A DNA stretch of 64,000 nt from Candidatus Dadabacteria bacterium. Its GTDB lineage: Bacteria > Desulfobacterota_D > UBA1144 > Nemesobacterales > Nemesobacteraceae. Location: contig RKRQ01000065.1 in NCBI GenBank assembly GCA_007571325.1, positions 7,972 through 71,971 of the forward strand, written 5' to 3'. The translations under genes were made by a program, and so were the position numbers. The notes beneath the pieces are model-generated. The model saw nothing but the letters and a program-made list of their open reading frames with translations. It was not told the origin of the DNA and searched no databases. Position 1 is the first letter of the stretch. The number at the start of each line of letters is the position of its first letter. Shown in pieces: positions 33,909 through 43,995 of the stretch.

Positions 33909-34568
33909 ATGAATATCCTGTATATAAAAGTAAAGGCACAGAAGGTACTTAAGTTTCTTAAAGAAACCTATCCAGATACAAAGTGTCACCTTATTTTTAA
34001 AAATGCGCACGAACTTCTGGTTGGGTCTATTCTCTCCGCTCAGTGTACGGATAAACGAGTAAATATGATAACTCCGGGACTTTTTCAGAAGTATCCAGAC
34101 ATAGATGCCTTTTCCAAGGCATCAGAAGAAAAACTTCAGCGGGAAATAAGGTCAACAGGTTTTTATAAAAACAAGGCAAAGGCGATAATAAACTGTTCAA
34201 AGCAGATAGTGCAGTTGCATGGGGGAAAGGTTCCTTGCAAAATGGAATATCTAGTCAAACTACCAGGGGTTGGAAGGAAAACGGCAAATGTTGTAATAGG
34301 GAATTATTTTAAAAAACCTGCAATTATAGTTGACACTCATATAATGAGGTTAAGCCGTCGCATCGGTCTTACTCATAACTCTGACCCTGTCAAGATTGAA
34401 TTTGATCTTAGAGAATGTATTTCGGAAAAACACTGGACATTTTTTTCAAATTCTCTAGGTGACCATGGAAGAACTGTCTGTAAGGCAAGAAAGCCGCTTT
34501 GCTCAAAGTGTAAAATATCTGAAATATGTCTGTATTTTAAGGAAATTACAACTCATAATAAGTATTAA
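33909..34568 (+). CDS. nth: Endonuclease III
   Basis: LSAQCTD, HhH LPGVGRKTA, VDTH, C-x6-C-x2-C-x5-C Fe-S motif. Confidence 0.95.
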   Translation: MNILYIKVKAQKVLKFLKETYPDTKCHLIFKNAHELLVGSILSAQCTDKRVNMITPGLFQKYPDIDAFSKASEEKLQREIRSTGFYKNKAKAIINCSKQIVQLHGGKVPCKMEYLVKLPGVGRKTANVVIGNYFKKPAIIVDTHIMRLSRRIGLTHNSDPVKIEFDLRECISEKHWTFFSNSLGDHGRTVCKARKPLCSKCKISEICLYFKEITTHNKY

Positions 34569-34608
34569 TATCAAACAGCTATGCAATATTAAAGAGGAGA
34601 AGCGACAA

Positions 34609-34845
34609 ATGAAATCCAACGCTGATTACTCTGGATTTTTTCCCTTCGGGTGGCTAAGAAATTTTCGAGGAGATAACTGGCAGATACTGTGGAACAAGAA
34701 AACAGGAGATCTTTTTCTTAAAGCCACTTCAAAAAATGTGCTCATAAAAGTTGGAGATACTCATGATTGGACGGAAGCGAAGAAAAAGGCGGATAGCCTT
34801 ATGGAAAACCCCAATTCAAGTGCAATAAAGATTGCTAATTATTGA
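34609..34845 (+). CDS. Hypothetical protein, 78 aa
   Basis: SD GAGGAG before ATG 34609; fills the gap after nth; no motif recognised. Confidence 0.65.
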   Translation: MKSNADYSGFFPFGWLRNFRGDNWQILWNKKTGDLFLKATSKNVLIKVGDTHDWTEAKKKADSLMENPNSSAIKIANY

Positions 34846-34983
34846 GATTCCCAATTATAAATTTTAAGTTTGGTATATTCTCCGTTCTTTCTGCGTTATC
34901 ATATGCCTGAGTCTGTTACATATGCTGTTGACTTGCCCGATTGATCTTTATAATATCACTGTTTTTTTATTCTGAGCTTAATA

Positions 34984-35886
34984 ATGAAATACGTAGAGCA
35001 GGAACTAATTTCTGTACCGGTAGGGAAAGGGAAAGTTAACGCTCTTTACTACCGGGCGCTTAACAACGACTCCGATAAAAGAAAAACTATAATTATTCAT
35101 GTACATGGTTTTTTGGGGAATTTTCTTGACGGAAGTCAGAGATTTCTGCCACCAATTCTCGCCAAGGCTGGCTATTCTTCTATCTCGATAAATACTAGAA
35201 TGGCCAATTTTGGACTTTTTTTCGGTTTTGGAATAGTAGACGATACCATTCCCCAGATAGATGGAGTAGTTAGATATTTAGGGGAGATGGGTTATGAAAA
35301 AATCATAGTTTCAGGGTATAGCCTTGGAGGGGGAGTGGTCCTCAGATATCTTTCGGTTAAAAGTCGCCAACCGGATTCTAACGAGACAGGTCTGCTAAAA
35401 GGAGTAATTGCTCTTGCTACTCCCTATTCAATCCCCAATTCGATAAGAAGAAGATGGAATAAATGGGAGAGTCAGCCTTCTTACGATGAGGTCTATGAGG
35501 AGGCAAAGACAATACTTGGCGATAATCCTAATGATTCAAAACAGGACAGGACAATTCTTATTTTCAAGGCAAGAGGAAATTCTTACTTGCCTGAGCACAC
35601 CGAGATATATACGTATAAAACGTGGTGGTTTCTCGCCGGTCCTGAGGCGGTAGCCATGAAAAGCTATAAGCAGATAGAAAACATAAAACTGCCAATTCTT
35701 CTTATACAAGGTTGGAATGATGCATTTGTAAAACCTGATGAAACCCACAATCTTGCACAGATAGCCATAGATAAAGGAAACGATGACGTTTCTGCCTACT
35801 ATCTTAACACTGGCCATAGTCTTGATGGAAAGGAAGAGGAGATGGGTGACATTATAGTACGGTGGCTTGACAGAAGATTTGTTTAA
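34984..35886 (+). CDS. Alpha/beta hydrolase (paralogue 1)
   Basis: HVHG, GYSLG nucleophile elbow, QGWND, C-terminal GH. Confidence 0.85.
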   Translation: MKYVEQELISVPVGKGKVNALYYRALNNDSDKRKTIIIHVHGFLGNFLDGSQRFLPPILAKAGYSSISINTRMANFGLFFGFGIVDDTIPQIDGVVRYLGEMGYEKIIVSGYSLGGGVVLRYLSVKSRQPDSNETGLLKGVIALATPYSIPNSIRRRWNKWESQPSYDEVYEEAKTILGDNPNDSKQDRTILIFKARGNSYLPEHTEIYTYKTWWFLAGPEAVAMKSYKQIENIKLPILLIQGWNDAFVKPDETHNLAQIAIDKGNDDVSAYYLNTGHSLDGKEEEMGDIIVRWLDRRFV

Positions 35887-35894
35887 TTCTAAAG

Positions 35895-36788
35895 ATGGTG
35901 CACGAACAGAAGAGTCTTCTTACATATAAGACTGAGGACGGATTTGAAGTGAATTCTCTTCTTGTTACACCGGAGTTTGCTTCGGAAGAAGATCTTTATG
36001 AATCTCCCATAATAATAAATCTCTACGGAGTACTGGGACATTTTCTGACAAGAGGCACTCCTGTCAGGCTTCCTCCACTTCTTAAGGAAAAAAACATAAG
36101 CACACTTTCTGTCAATACTCGTATGGCCTTTATGGGCCAGATAATGGGTGAAGGGATTTTTCCCGATACAATTCACGAAATGAAGGAATCGGTGAATGTT
36201 CTTCAAAAAGAAGGGTTTCGCAACATTTTTATGCTAGGTTACAGCCTCGGGGCCAACATGGCTGTCTACTATGCCAGCCAGACCAGCTCTTTTGGTATAA
36301 AAGGGCTTATATTGGAAGGCTGTTCGTATTCGCTTCCGTATTCGCAGCAACGAAGGCTTGAAAGAAACAGAAGTATTCCTTCTTATGAAGCCATTTATCT
36401 CAAAGCTAAAGAAGTGCTAGGCCCAAATCCCGAGAAGAAGAAAAAGGATCAGATATTTATTGTTTACAGGGCTTGGGGTGATTCTTTTAACCCGATTGAT
36501 GCCGAGATGTTTACTTACAGAACTTGGTGGTTTATGAGGGGCCCACAAGCCTACTATGCTAAAACCTGCGAAATTATAAAAAACGTTAAAATTCCTGTTC
36601 TGTTCATTCACGGAATAGATGACGACGTCGTTGACATATGGGAACCCAAAGAACTTAAAAACATAATGAACCAGGCTGGAAATAAAGATGTGACATTGCG
36701 CTATATACCAAGGGCGAAGCATGATTGCATAGAGAACCCGAAAGACTCGATAGATGGCATAACCGGGTGGATATCAAAGATTGATTAG
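35895..36788 (+). CDS. Alpha/beta hydrolase (paralogue 2)
   Basis: GYSLG, HGIDD, AKH; shares NTRMA and TY.TWWF..GP with paralogue 1. Confidence 0.85.
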   Translation: MVHEQKSLLTYKTEDGFEVNSLLVTPEFASEEDLYESPIIINLYGVLGHFLTRGTPVRLPPLLKEKNISTLSVNTRMAFMGQIMGEGIFPDTIHEMKESVNVLQKEGFRNIFMLGYSLGANMAVYYASQTSSFGIKGLILEGCSYSLPYSQQRRLERNRSIPSYEAIYLKAKEVLGPNPEKKKKDQIFIVYRAWGDSFNPIDAEMFTYRTWWFMRGPQAYYAKTCEIIKNVKIPVLFIHGIDDDVVDIWEPKELKNIMNQAGNKDVTLRYIPRAKHDCIENPKDSIDGITGWISKID

Positions 36789-36982
36789 CTCAGATATATA
36801 AAAACCATTCCTTCCCTTTGCAAGTTAAAAGATATTGAGGGTTTCTTATGCCAGTTACGGTTTATTCTTGCAAAAAAGAAAACTTTGTATATCTTACAGT
36901 TCCTTCAATAGATAAGCTGATTTTCCCTAATATCTTTAATTTCATAAACCCATGAACTAAAGGGAATTTGGAGGCGAGAAGC

Positions 36983-38542
36983 ATGTCCGAGAATTTTTCA
37001 ATTGAGAAAGAACTTTCAAAAAGACACCAGCTTGAAAATCCTTCAGGGATATTTTACAACCTTTCTGTCCCAGAACTCTATGAAGAAGCGATCAAAAGAA
37101 ATGAAGGATATATTGGTGAATGTGGAACTTTTGTAGGTTTTACTTCTCCACATACCGGAAGGTCCCCGAAGGATAGGTTCGTTGTAAAGGAACCTTCTAC
37201 CGAAAAAGATATAGACTGGGGAGCGATAAATCAGCCTGTTTCACCAGAAGTGTTTAATCACTTTTATGAAAAGGTTATGGATTACCTTAAGGGAAGAGAT
37301 GTTTTTGTAAAGGATTTGCAGGTCTGTGCCCATCCAGATTATAGAACGAATGTAAGAGTAATAAACGAGTTTGCTTGGCACAATATTTTTGTAAACAATC
37401 TTTTTATAAGACCTGAAGCTTCGAAACTTCCTCACAAAGAAGTGGGATTTACCGTTGTCTCTGCCCCCGGGTTCAAGGTGGACGACCCCGAGAAATACGG
37501 TCTTAACAGCGAAACATTTATATTCCTTAATTTGAGCCGGAAAATTGCTCTGATAGGAGGAACACGTTATGCGGGAGAAATGAAAAAATCCGTTTTTGCC
37601 GCAATGAATTTTCTTCTGCCTGAGAGAAACGTTTTTCCAATGCATTGCTCAGCCAATGTTGGAAAAGATGGGAACGTGGCACTTTTCTTTGGCCTCTCCG
37701 GAACCGGCAAGACTACGCTTTCCGCCGACCCTGAAAGAGCTCTGATAGGAGATGATGAGCACGGTTGGTTTGACGAAGGAGTTTTTAATTTCGAGGGCGG
37801 GTGTTACGCTAAAACCATAAAGCTCAGTTCCTCTACAGAGCCCGAGATTTACCGGGCGGCACTTAATTTTGGTTCAGTTCTGGAGAATGTTGAAATTGAT
37901 TCAGAAACCAGAAAAATAGATTTTGATAGTGACAAGCATACGGAGAACACTCGAGGTGCTTATCAGATTGATATGCTTGAGAATATTGTTCCGGAGGGAA
38001 TAGGTGGAATTCCTAAAAGTATTTTTATGCTTACCTATGATGCTTTCGGAGTTTTACCCCCTATATCAAAACTTGATTCTGAACAGGCAATGCGATATTT
38101 CCTTCTAGGATATACGGCGAAAGTTGCCGGTACGGAAAGAGGGGTAAGCAAACCTCAAGCGACTTTCAGTTCATGTTTTGGATCTCCCTTTCTTCCTAGA
38201 CCACCGAAATTCTATGGAAGGATGCTCAAAGAAAGAATGGAGAAACATGAGGTAGATGTCTGGCTTCTTAATACTGGAATTTCCGGCGGACCTTTTGGAG
38301 TTGGGAAAAGAATGCCTCTTCCATCCACAAGAGCTCTCGTTAGTGCAGTAGTAAGCGATTCTCTTCAAAGCAGTGAATTTGTAAAAATTCCTATACTCAA
38401 TTTGTCTGTACCAGCTGAATGCCCAGGGGTTGATTCAACTCTTCTTCAGCCTAGACTTTCATGGGATGATCCGGATGAATATGATCGCAAGGCCCGCGCA
38501 CTCTCAGATCTATTTGAAGAAGAGTACAAAAAATACCTTTAA
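36983..38542 (+). CDS. pckA: Phosphoenolpyruvate carboxykinase (ATP)
   Basis: TGRSPKD, YAGEMKK, GLSGTGKTT, LIGDDEHGW, FEGGCYAK; SD GGAGG before ATG 36983. Confidence 0.97.
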   Translation: MSENFSIEKELSKRHQLENPSGIFYNLSVPELYEEAIKRNEGYIGECGTFVGFTSPHTGRSPKDRFVVKEPSTEKDIDWGAINQPVSPEVFNHFYEKVMDYLKGRDVFVKDLQVCAHPDYRTNVRVINEFAWHNIFVNNLFIRPEASKLPHKEVGFTVVSAPGFKVDDPEKYGLNSETFIFLNLSRKIALIGGTRYAGEMKKSVFAAMNFLLPERNVFPMHCSANVGKDGNVALFFGLSGTGKTTLSADPERALIGDDEHGWFDEGVFNFEGGCYAKTIKLSSSTEPEIYRAALNFGSVLENVEIDSETRKIDFDSDKHTENTRGAYQIDMLENIVPEGIGGIPKSIFMLTYDAFGVLPPISKLDSEQAMRYFLLGYTAKVAGTERGVSKPQATFSSCFGSPFLPRPPKFYGRMLKERMEKHEVDVWLLNTGISGGPFGVGKRMPLPSTRALVSAVVSDSLQSSEFVKIPILNLSVPAECPGVDSTLLQPRLSWDDPDEYDRKARALSDLFEEEYKKYL

Positions 38543-38892
38543 GGTTGATGTTTGATTTCAACTTGTTCTTTTATGCTCTACGCTCAAATTTTTCATGCGA
38601 TTTAGGGTAATATGAAGCAGCTTAATATTGAAAATCGCTATTTTTTCAAATGCTTAAGTATCTAATAACAGATTGTTGATTTTGTGTATAACAGCTTATT
38701 TATTATCAAAAAACTCCAAGTAGAAATATGCTCCATAATATTAATAGTTTGTAACCATGGTCCTCAAATTTAATCAGAAACATCATTTTTTGCCGTTGTA
38801 GAAGTGGAATTTAAATGCGATTAACAACAATATGGGAAAATACGACTAAAACTGTGTAAAATTTTAGTATTTCATTAGATAAAGAATTAAAG

Positions 38893-40065
38893 ATGCAATT
38901 CCTAAGAGAGTACAAAGATTTTTCTCTAATAACACTGGCGAATTTTTTCTTTCAGTGTGGTTTCACCTCGTTTTTTCTATTACCACTTTTTATAAAAGAC
39001 CTAGGAGGTGACCCAGCTTCTATTGGTTACGTGATGGGAGTTTTTGGTATAGCGTCAGTCAGTACTGCATTGTTTTCTGGCTTTCTCATAGACCGTTATG
39101 GACGAAAACTATTCATGCTTTTAGGTTCAACGCTAATGTACCTATCCTCTATTCTTTACCTCTTTGTATCAGATATTGATGTGGCAATGTATGCTCTGAG
39201 ACTGTTTCAGGGTGTTGCTTTCGGTTTTTTCTTTACTGCCGCGGCTACAGCAGTTTCATACAGTATTCCTAGAGAAATAAGGCATTCTTGTCTTACAACT
39301 TTTAGCATTACCACTATAGCATGCTTCTCTGTCGGGCCTTTTTTTGGAGAAATTTTTATCAATAAGTTCGGTTACCATATGTTTTTTGTTTATTCTTCCA
39401 TCTTCCATATAATTGCGTTTATATGTTGTCTATTCGTCAAGGAAACAACCCATGGTCCATCAAGAGGCAGGCTTTTTCAAGGATTCCTCAAAAAATTATT
39501 TTCCGATAGGTTCAGCGTACTCTTTCTGATGAACCTGTCTATTGCTGTGGGACTAGGGGCTCTGGTTCATTTCTTCCATGTTCATTTATCAGAACAGAAC
39601 CTTCAAATGGGAATTTTCTTCGTTATTTTTTCCATAGTGGCGGTATTTATTAGGGTTTTTGGAGGGAAAATGTTGGATACCATAGAGAGAAGAAAAATCG
39701 CTTTGCCTGCACTTTTTCTAATGGTTGTTTCAATGCTAATGGCTTTTTTTGTGAGCAATTTTTTACATCTGGTTCTGTTTTCTATTATATTTAGTATAGG
39801 ATATGGGTTTTCTTATCCTACAATTAATACAATGGTTGTTGACAGAACGAATGCAGGCGAGAGAGGAACTGCCGTAGGTATATTGAATATGTCCTATGGA
39901 ATGGGGATAAACTCTTCGGCTATTATCCTTGGGCTTATAGCGCGTGATTACAGTTTCTTCAGCATGTTCTTGGCAACTGCAATGTTCTTGGTTGCCGGAT
40001 GTATTATTTTTACCTACAAGTACTATATAACTGCTATAATGGGTGAAGAGGTTGCAATAGAGTAA
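38893..40065 (+). CDS. MFS transporter (paralogue 1)
   Basis: About 12 hydrophobic segments, motif A GFLIDRYGRK, ERGTAVG. Confidence 0.9.
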   Translation: MQFLREYKDFSLITLANFFFQCGFTSFFLLPLFIKDLGGDPASIGYVMGVFGIASVSTALFSGFLIDRYGRKLFMLLGSTLMYLSSILYLFVSDIDVAMYALRLFQGVAFGFFFTAAATAVSYSIPREIRHSCLTTFSITTIACFSVGPFFGEIFINKFGYHMFFVYSSIFHIIAFICCLFVKETTHGPSRGRLFQGFLKKLFSDRFSVLFLMNLSIAVGLGALVHFFHVHLSEQNLQMGIFFVIFSIVAVFIRVFGGKMLDTIERRKIALPALFLMVVSMLMAFFVSNFLHLVLFSIIFSIGYGFSYPTINTMVVDRTNAGERGTAVGILNMSYGMGINSSAIILGLIARDYSFFSMFLATAMFLVAGCIIFTYKYYITAIMGEEVAIE

Positions 40066-40227
40066 AATAGACTGCTTCTCTACTCCTACTCATAGCGGAA
40101 TTTTCTCAGCTTAATGCTTCATGACATATGGCAGGTGGAGACTATAGAAGGGGCTGAGAAGTCCTTTGCACATATCTCGAAACCGCTTGAGTAAAAGTTC
40201 TAAATTAACTGCTTTTATTGTGAATTT

Positions 40228-40305
40228 TGGCGTCCCCGAGGGGATTTGAACCCCTGTTACCGGCGTGAAAGGCCGATGTCCTAGGCCTGACTAGACGACG
40301 GGGAC
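40228..40305 (-). tRNA. tRNA-Glu (anticodon TTC)
   Basis: Reverse complement GTCCCCG...CGGGGACGCCA forms a cloverleaf; anticodon loop CTTTCAC; GGTTCAAATCC T arm; CCA encoded. Confidence 0.95.
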
Positions 40306-40317
40306 GACGACAGAAAA

Positions 40318-40390
40318 TGAGCCGTACAGGATTCGAACCTGTGACCCACTGCTTAAAAGGCAGTTGCTCTACCAGCTGAGCTAACGGCTC
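40318..40390 (-). tRNA. tRNA-Lys (anticodon TTT)
   Basis: Reverse complement GAGCCGT TAGCTCAG...ACGGCTCA; anticodon loop CTTTTAA; GGTTCGAATCC; CCA not encoded. Confidence 0.95.
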
Positions 40391-40402
40391 AGAAGATGCC
40401 GT

Positions 40403-40430
40403 ATTATATCATGGACCTTTTTCATGTCAA
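40403..40430 (-). promoter_or_regulatory. Consensus sigma70 promoter of the tRNA-Lys/tRNA-Glu pair
   Basis: TTGACA-16 nt-TATAAT with TGn extended -10, 12 nt before tRNA-Lys. Confidence 0.8.
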
Positions 40431-40513
40431 AAAACTAAATGTCTCCTTATCTAAAGTATAAAATCATGTAGGTTCCCCCTTTTTATACTCTCTTTTCTAG
40501 GTTAGCGTCTATC

Positions 40514-41680
40514 ATGTCTTTTGTGCGAAAATACAGAGATTTTTCTCTGGTCACTTTGGGAAATTTTTTCTTTTTCTGCAATTTTTCCTCCTTTTTCCTC
40601 CTTCCACTTTTTATAAGAGATATTGGGGGTGATGAGGCGCTCATAGGCTATGTTATGGGAACTTTTGGCATAACTTCAATAGGAACTATTCCATTTGCAG
40701 CCTTTCTAATAGATCATTACGGTCGAAGAAAGTTTATGCTGACAGGTGCTTTTCTGATGTTCTTAATCTCTCTTTTCTACATTTTTATATCCGATGTTAG
40801 TGTGAAAATATTTATTCTAAGACTCATGCAAGGAATTGCTTTTGCTTTTTTCTTTACCTCTGCTGCTACCGCTGTCTCCGACTATGTTCCGAGTGAAATA
40901 AGAGCTTACGGACTAGGCCTTTTCGGTGCCTTCACTATAGCTTCTTACTCACTTGGACCCACAATAGGAGAACTTATAATCGAGAGATTCAGTTACATGG
41001 CGTTTTTTCTCTATACTTCCCTGTTCAGTCTACTTGCCTTTATTTTTTGTTTTTTTTCACGAGAGGGGAATTTTACAGTATCTAGAAAATCTGTTTTTAG
41101 TGGGTTTTTCGGCGTTGTTTTTTCAACAAGGTTTAGGGTACTTCTATTGACCAATCTTATAATTGCCGTGGGTCTTGGAAGCATGCTCAATTTTTTCTCT
41201 GTTTTTCTTGAAGAAAATGGAATTCATGCGAGGAACTTTTTTCTTACATATTCCATCACCGTCATATTGATCAGAGTCTTAGGTGGAAAACTCCCAGATA
41301 TTGTTGAGAGAAAAAAAATAGCGTTACCTTCAATGTTTATTATGATTCTATCTCTGCTCATGATCTCTTCCATAAATTCAACTCTAAGCGCCATTATGGT
41401 CTCTTTTGTTTTCAGTCTGGGTTATGGAATCCTTTATCCTACTGTAAGTGCGATGATTATTGACAGGGCGCTTGATGATGAGAGAGGGACGGCCATGGGT
41501 GCGTTTAATATGTCGTTTAGTATTGGCATAAACTTTTTTGCCTTTGCCCTGGGGCTCATAGCACGTGATTATGGTTTCTCAAGAATGTATTGGGCAACTG
41601 GGATATTCATGATACTGGGGTGTATTATCTTTATCTATAAATATTTTATAAGTACGGGGGGAGCAAAACGGCTTTCATGA
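40514..41680 (+). CDS. MFS transporter (paralogue 2)
   Basis: Motif A LIDHYGRR, ERGTAMG; collinear with 38893..40065; overlaps trmI start. Confidence 0.9.
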   Translation: MSFVRKYRDFSLVTLGNFFFFCNFSSFFLLPLFIRDIGGDEALIGYVMGTFGITSIGTIPFAAFLIDHYGRRKFMLTGAFLMFLISLFYIFISDVSVKIFILRLMQGIAFAFFFTSAATAVSDYVPSEIRAYGLGLFGAFTIASYSLGPTIGELIIERFSYMAFFLYTSLFSLLAFIFCFFSREGNFTVSRKSVFSGFFGVVFSTRFRVLLLTNLIIAVGLGSMLNFFSVFLEENGIHARNFFLTYSITVILIRVLGGKLPDIVERKKIALPSMFIMILSLLMISSINSTLSAIMVSFVFSLGYGILYPTVSAMIIDRALDDERGTAMGAFNMSFSIGINFFAFALGLIARDYGFSRMYWATGIFMILGCIIFIYKYFISTGGAKRLS

Positions 41681-42462
41681 AAATAAAATCAGGAGACATA
41701 ATTCTCCTTTTGTCCCCTGACAATAAAAGTTTCATGATAATGGTGGAAGAGGGTAGGTCGTTCAGTTCTCATATGGGCATACTCGACCTTTCATCCGCAA
41801 TAGGTAAGAGATTGGGAGAGACTATAGTCTCAAGTCTAGGAAACCATTTTGTGCTTCTCAATCCTACTGTTGAACAGAAAATGATGAAGGTGAGAAGAAC
41901 TACACAGATCGTTTACCCCAAGGACGCGGCACTTATTCTTTTTAAAACAGATGTGAAAGCTGGAGCTAAAATCATTGAATCAGCAACTGGTTCGGGAGCT
42001 CTTACGATTGCACTTGCGAACTCAGTGGCTCCTTCCGGGAAAGTCTATACATACGAGAGGAAAGAACAGTTCATGAATAACGCCAGAGACAACGTACGGC
42101 GGGCAGGGCTCTGCGAGTACGTGGAATTTAACTGTGGCGATGCAAGAGATGGTTTTAAGGAAAGAGAAGTTGATGTTGCTATACTTGACCTTCCTTCTCC
42201 ATGGTATGGGATTCCTGCGTCCTATGAAGCTCTTGTTCCAGGTGGCAGAATCGCAAGTATTTCTCCTACTTACAACCAAGTGGAAAGAACCGCGGAAGTG
42301 CTTAGAGAAACAGGGTTTGTAAGAATTGAGACCGTGGAACTTATCATGAGGAACTATCAGGTAAAAAAGGGGAAAATTCGTCCCGACAACAGAACGGTGG
42401 GGCATACAGGGTTTCTTACCTTTGCGTTTAAAGGAACAGGCGATTCTGTGTCCCTCAAGTGA
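41677..42462 (+). CDS. trmI: tRNA (adenine-58-N1)-methyltransferase
   Basis: TQIVYPKD, ESATGSGALT, LDLP.PW, RP....GHTGFL. Confidence 0.88.
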   Translation: MKIKSGDIILLLSPDNKSFMIMVEEGRSFSSHMGILDLSSAIGKRLGETIVSSLGNHFVLLNPTVEQKMMKVRRTTQIVYPKDAALILFKTDVKAGAKIIESATGSGALTIALANSVAPSGKVYTYERKEQFMNNARDNVRRAGLCEYVEFNCGDARDGFKEREVDVAILDLPSPWYGIPASYEALVPGGRIASISPTYNQVERTAEVLRETGFVRIETVELIMRNYQVKKGKIRPDNRTVGHTGFLTFAFKGTGDSVSLK

Positions 42463-43136
42463 AAATGACACACGAGCAACTCCTTAGAGAAGGTGCATAC
42501 CGTATAGGTATCAATAATCTGAGCGTCGACCTTTTCCTCTCCTATGTTGACCTGCTGAAAAAATGGGGCAAACGCATAAATCTCAGTTCCGTTGTTAATT
42601 ACCAGGAAATTATAATTAAGCACTTAATTGATTCCCTTGCTGTGGCGGAATTTATGCCTCCGGGATCAAGAGTGCTTGACATAGGCACTGGTGCCGGATT
42701 TCCGGGGATTCCGCTCGCTATTTATGACTCTTCCCTTCAAGTTACCCTTATTGAGTCAGTTGGAAAAAAAATTGCCTTCCTAAAAGATGTTAAAAGATAT
42801 CTAGGACTCTCGGGCGTGCATATTCATCATGCTAGAGCCGAAGAACTAACCAGTGAAATGGGGGGATGTTTTGACCGGGTGACACTCCGGGCAGTAGGTA
42901 GTATGGATACTATCATTACTCTCGGCACTCCTTATCTGGATATCAAAGGAGAACTAGTTATAATGAAGGGGCCTCTAGGAAAAGACGAATGGCGGGATTA
43001 CTCAAATCGCCACCCGGAGGATATTGAACTTCTTTTCATAAAAGAACTCAGGCTTCCTTTTTCAGGTGAAAGCAGGGTTATTCTTGTTGTAAGACCAGAG
43101 TACAAAGGTAGTAAGAATATGGAGATAAGAGCTTGA
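42459..43136 (+). CDS. rsmG: 16S rRNA m7G527 methyltransferase
   Basis: INL, H..DSL, DIGTGAGFPGIPLAI, RAE, RA. Confidence 0.93.
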   Translation: MKMTHEQLLREGAYRIGINNLSVDLFLSYVDLLKKWGKRINLSSVVNYQEIIIKHLIDSLAVAEFMPPGSRVLDIGTGAGFPGIPLAIYDSSLQVTLIESVGKKIAFLKDVKRYLGLSGVHIHHARAEELTSEMGGCFDRVTLRAVGSMDTIITLGTPYLDIKGELVIMKGPLGKDEWRDYSNRHPEDIELLFIKELRLPFSGESRVILVVRPEYKGSKNMEIRA

Positions 43137-43987
43137 AAACCATAGGAGTAATAGGCGGAAGCGGGCTTTATGCAATGGAGGGACTTTCAGATGTTAAAAG
43201 CATTTCTATAGAAACTCCATGGGGCCCCCCTTCCTCAAGTCTCATTACGGGAACTCTTGGCGGTGTGAATATGGTTTTTCTTCCAAGACATGGAACGGGA
43301 CACACCATATCCCCTTCAGAGATAAATTTCCGGGCGAACATATACGCTATGAAAGTTATGGGGGTTCAGTGGCTTATATCCGTAAGTGCTGTGGGAAGCC
43401 TAAAAGAGGAAATAGAACCTGGACACGTAATAATACCCGATCAATTTATCGATAATACAAGAAAGCGACCTGCTACATTTTTTGAAGGTGGATTGGTAGC
43501 GCATGTCTCGATGGCTGACCCAGTGTGTTCTACACTCTCGGATTGTCTCGAGGAAGCATCACTCTGCTGTGGGGGGACCGTTCACTCAGGAGGAATTTAT
43601 GTCTGTATTGAAGGTCCTCAGTTCTCTACTAGAGCAGAAAGTAATCTTTACAGAAAATGGGGAGCAAACATCATAGGTATGACTGCGATGCCCGAAGCGA
43701 GACTCGCGAGAGAAGCTGAGATTTGCTATTCCATTATAGCTCTTTGTACGGATTATGATTGTTGGAAAGAAGATCACGACGATGTAACGGTTTCAGAAGT
43801 AATTGAAATCATGAATAAAAATGTCGATGCGGCGAAAAAAATATTGGCTTCAGTGGTTAATGCTGTTCCAGAAAAAAAAGAATGTCTCTGCGTCGATGCT
43901 CTTGGTTACTCCATAATAACGTCAGAGGAGTATATAACAGAAGAGATGAGAAACAGAGTTGGACCCCTAGTGAAAAAGTATATATAG
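43133..43987 (+). CDS. mtnP: S-methyl-5'-thioadenosine phosphorylase
   Basis: IGGSGLY, RHG..H, EGPQFSTRAES, GMT..PEA.LARE, TDYDCW. Confidence 0.92.
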   Translation: MKTIGVIGGSGLYAMEGLSDVKSISIETPWGPPSSSLITGTLGGVNMVFLPRHGTGHTISPSEINFRANIYAMKVMGVQWLISVSAVGSLKEEIEPGHVIIPDQFIDNTRKRPATFFEGGLVAHVSMADPVCSTLSDCLEEASLCCGGTVHSGGIYVCIEGPQFSTRAESNLYRKWGANIIGMTAMPEARLAREAEICYSIIALCTDYDCWKEDHDDVTVSEVIEIMNKNVDAAKKILASVVNAVPEKKECLCVDALGYSIITSEEYITEEMRNRVGPLVKKYI

Positions 43988-43995
43988 AGGTTTTT

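Noticed and set aside
36824..36939. Imperfect long-range inverted repeat flanking the pckA promoter region
   Set aside because: AT-rich with bulges and distant arms; compatible with chance.
38683..38691. DnaA-box match (TTATACACA, minus strand) in an AT-rich intergenic region, possible oriC
   Set aside because: Only one box seen, with no cluster and no dnaA/dnaN/mnmG context.
40066..40227. SRP RNA or 6S RNA in the gap before tRNA-Glu
   Set aside because: No SRP domain IV consensus and too short for a typical 6S RNA; kept only as an unassigned structure.
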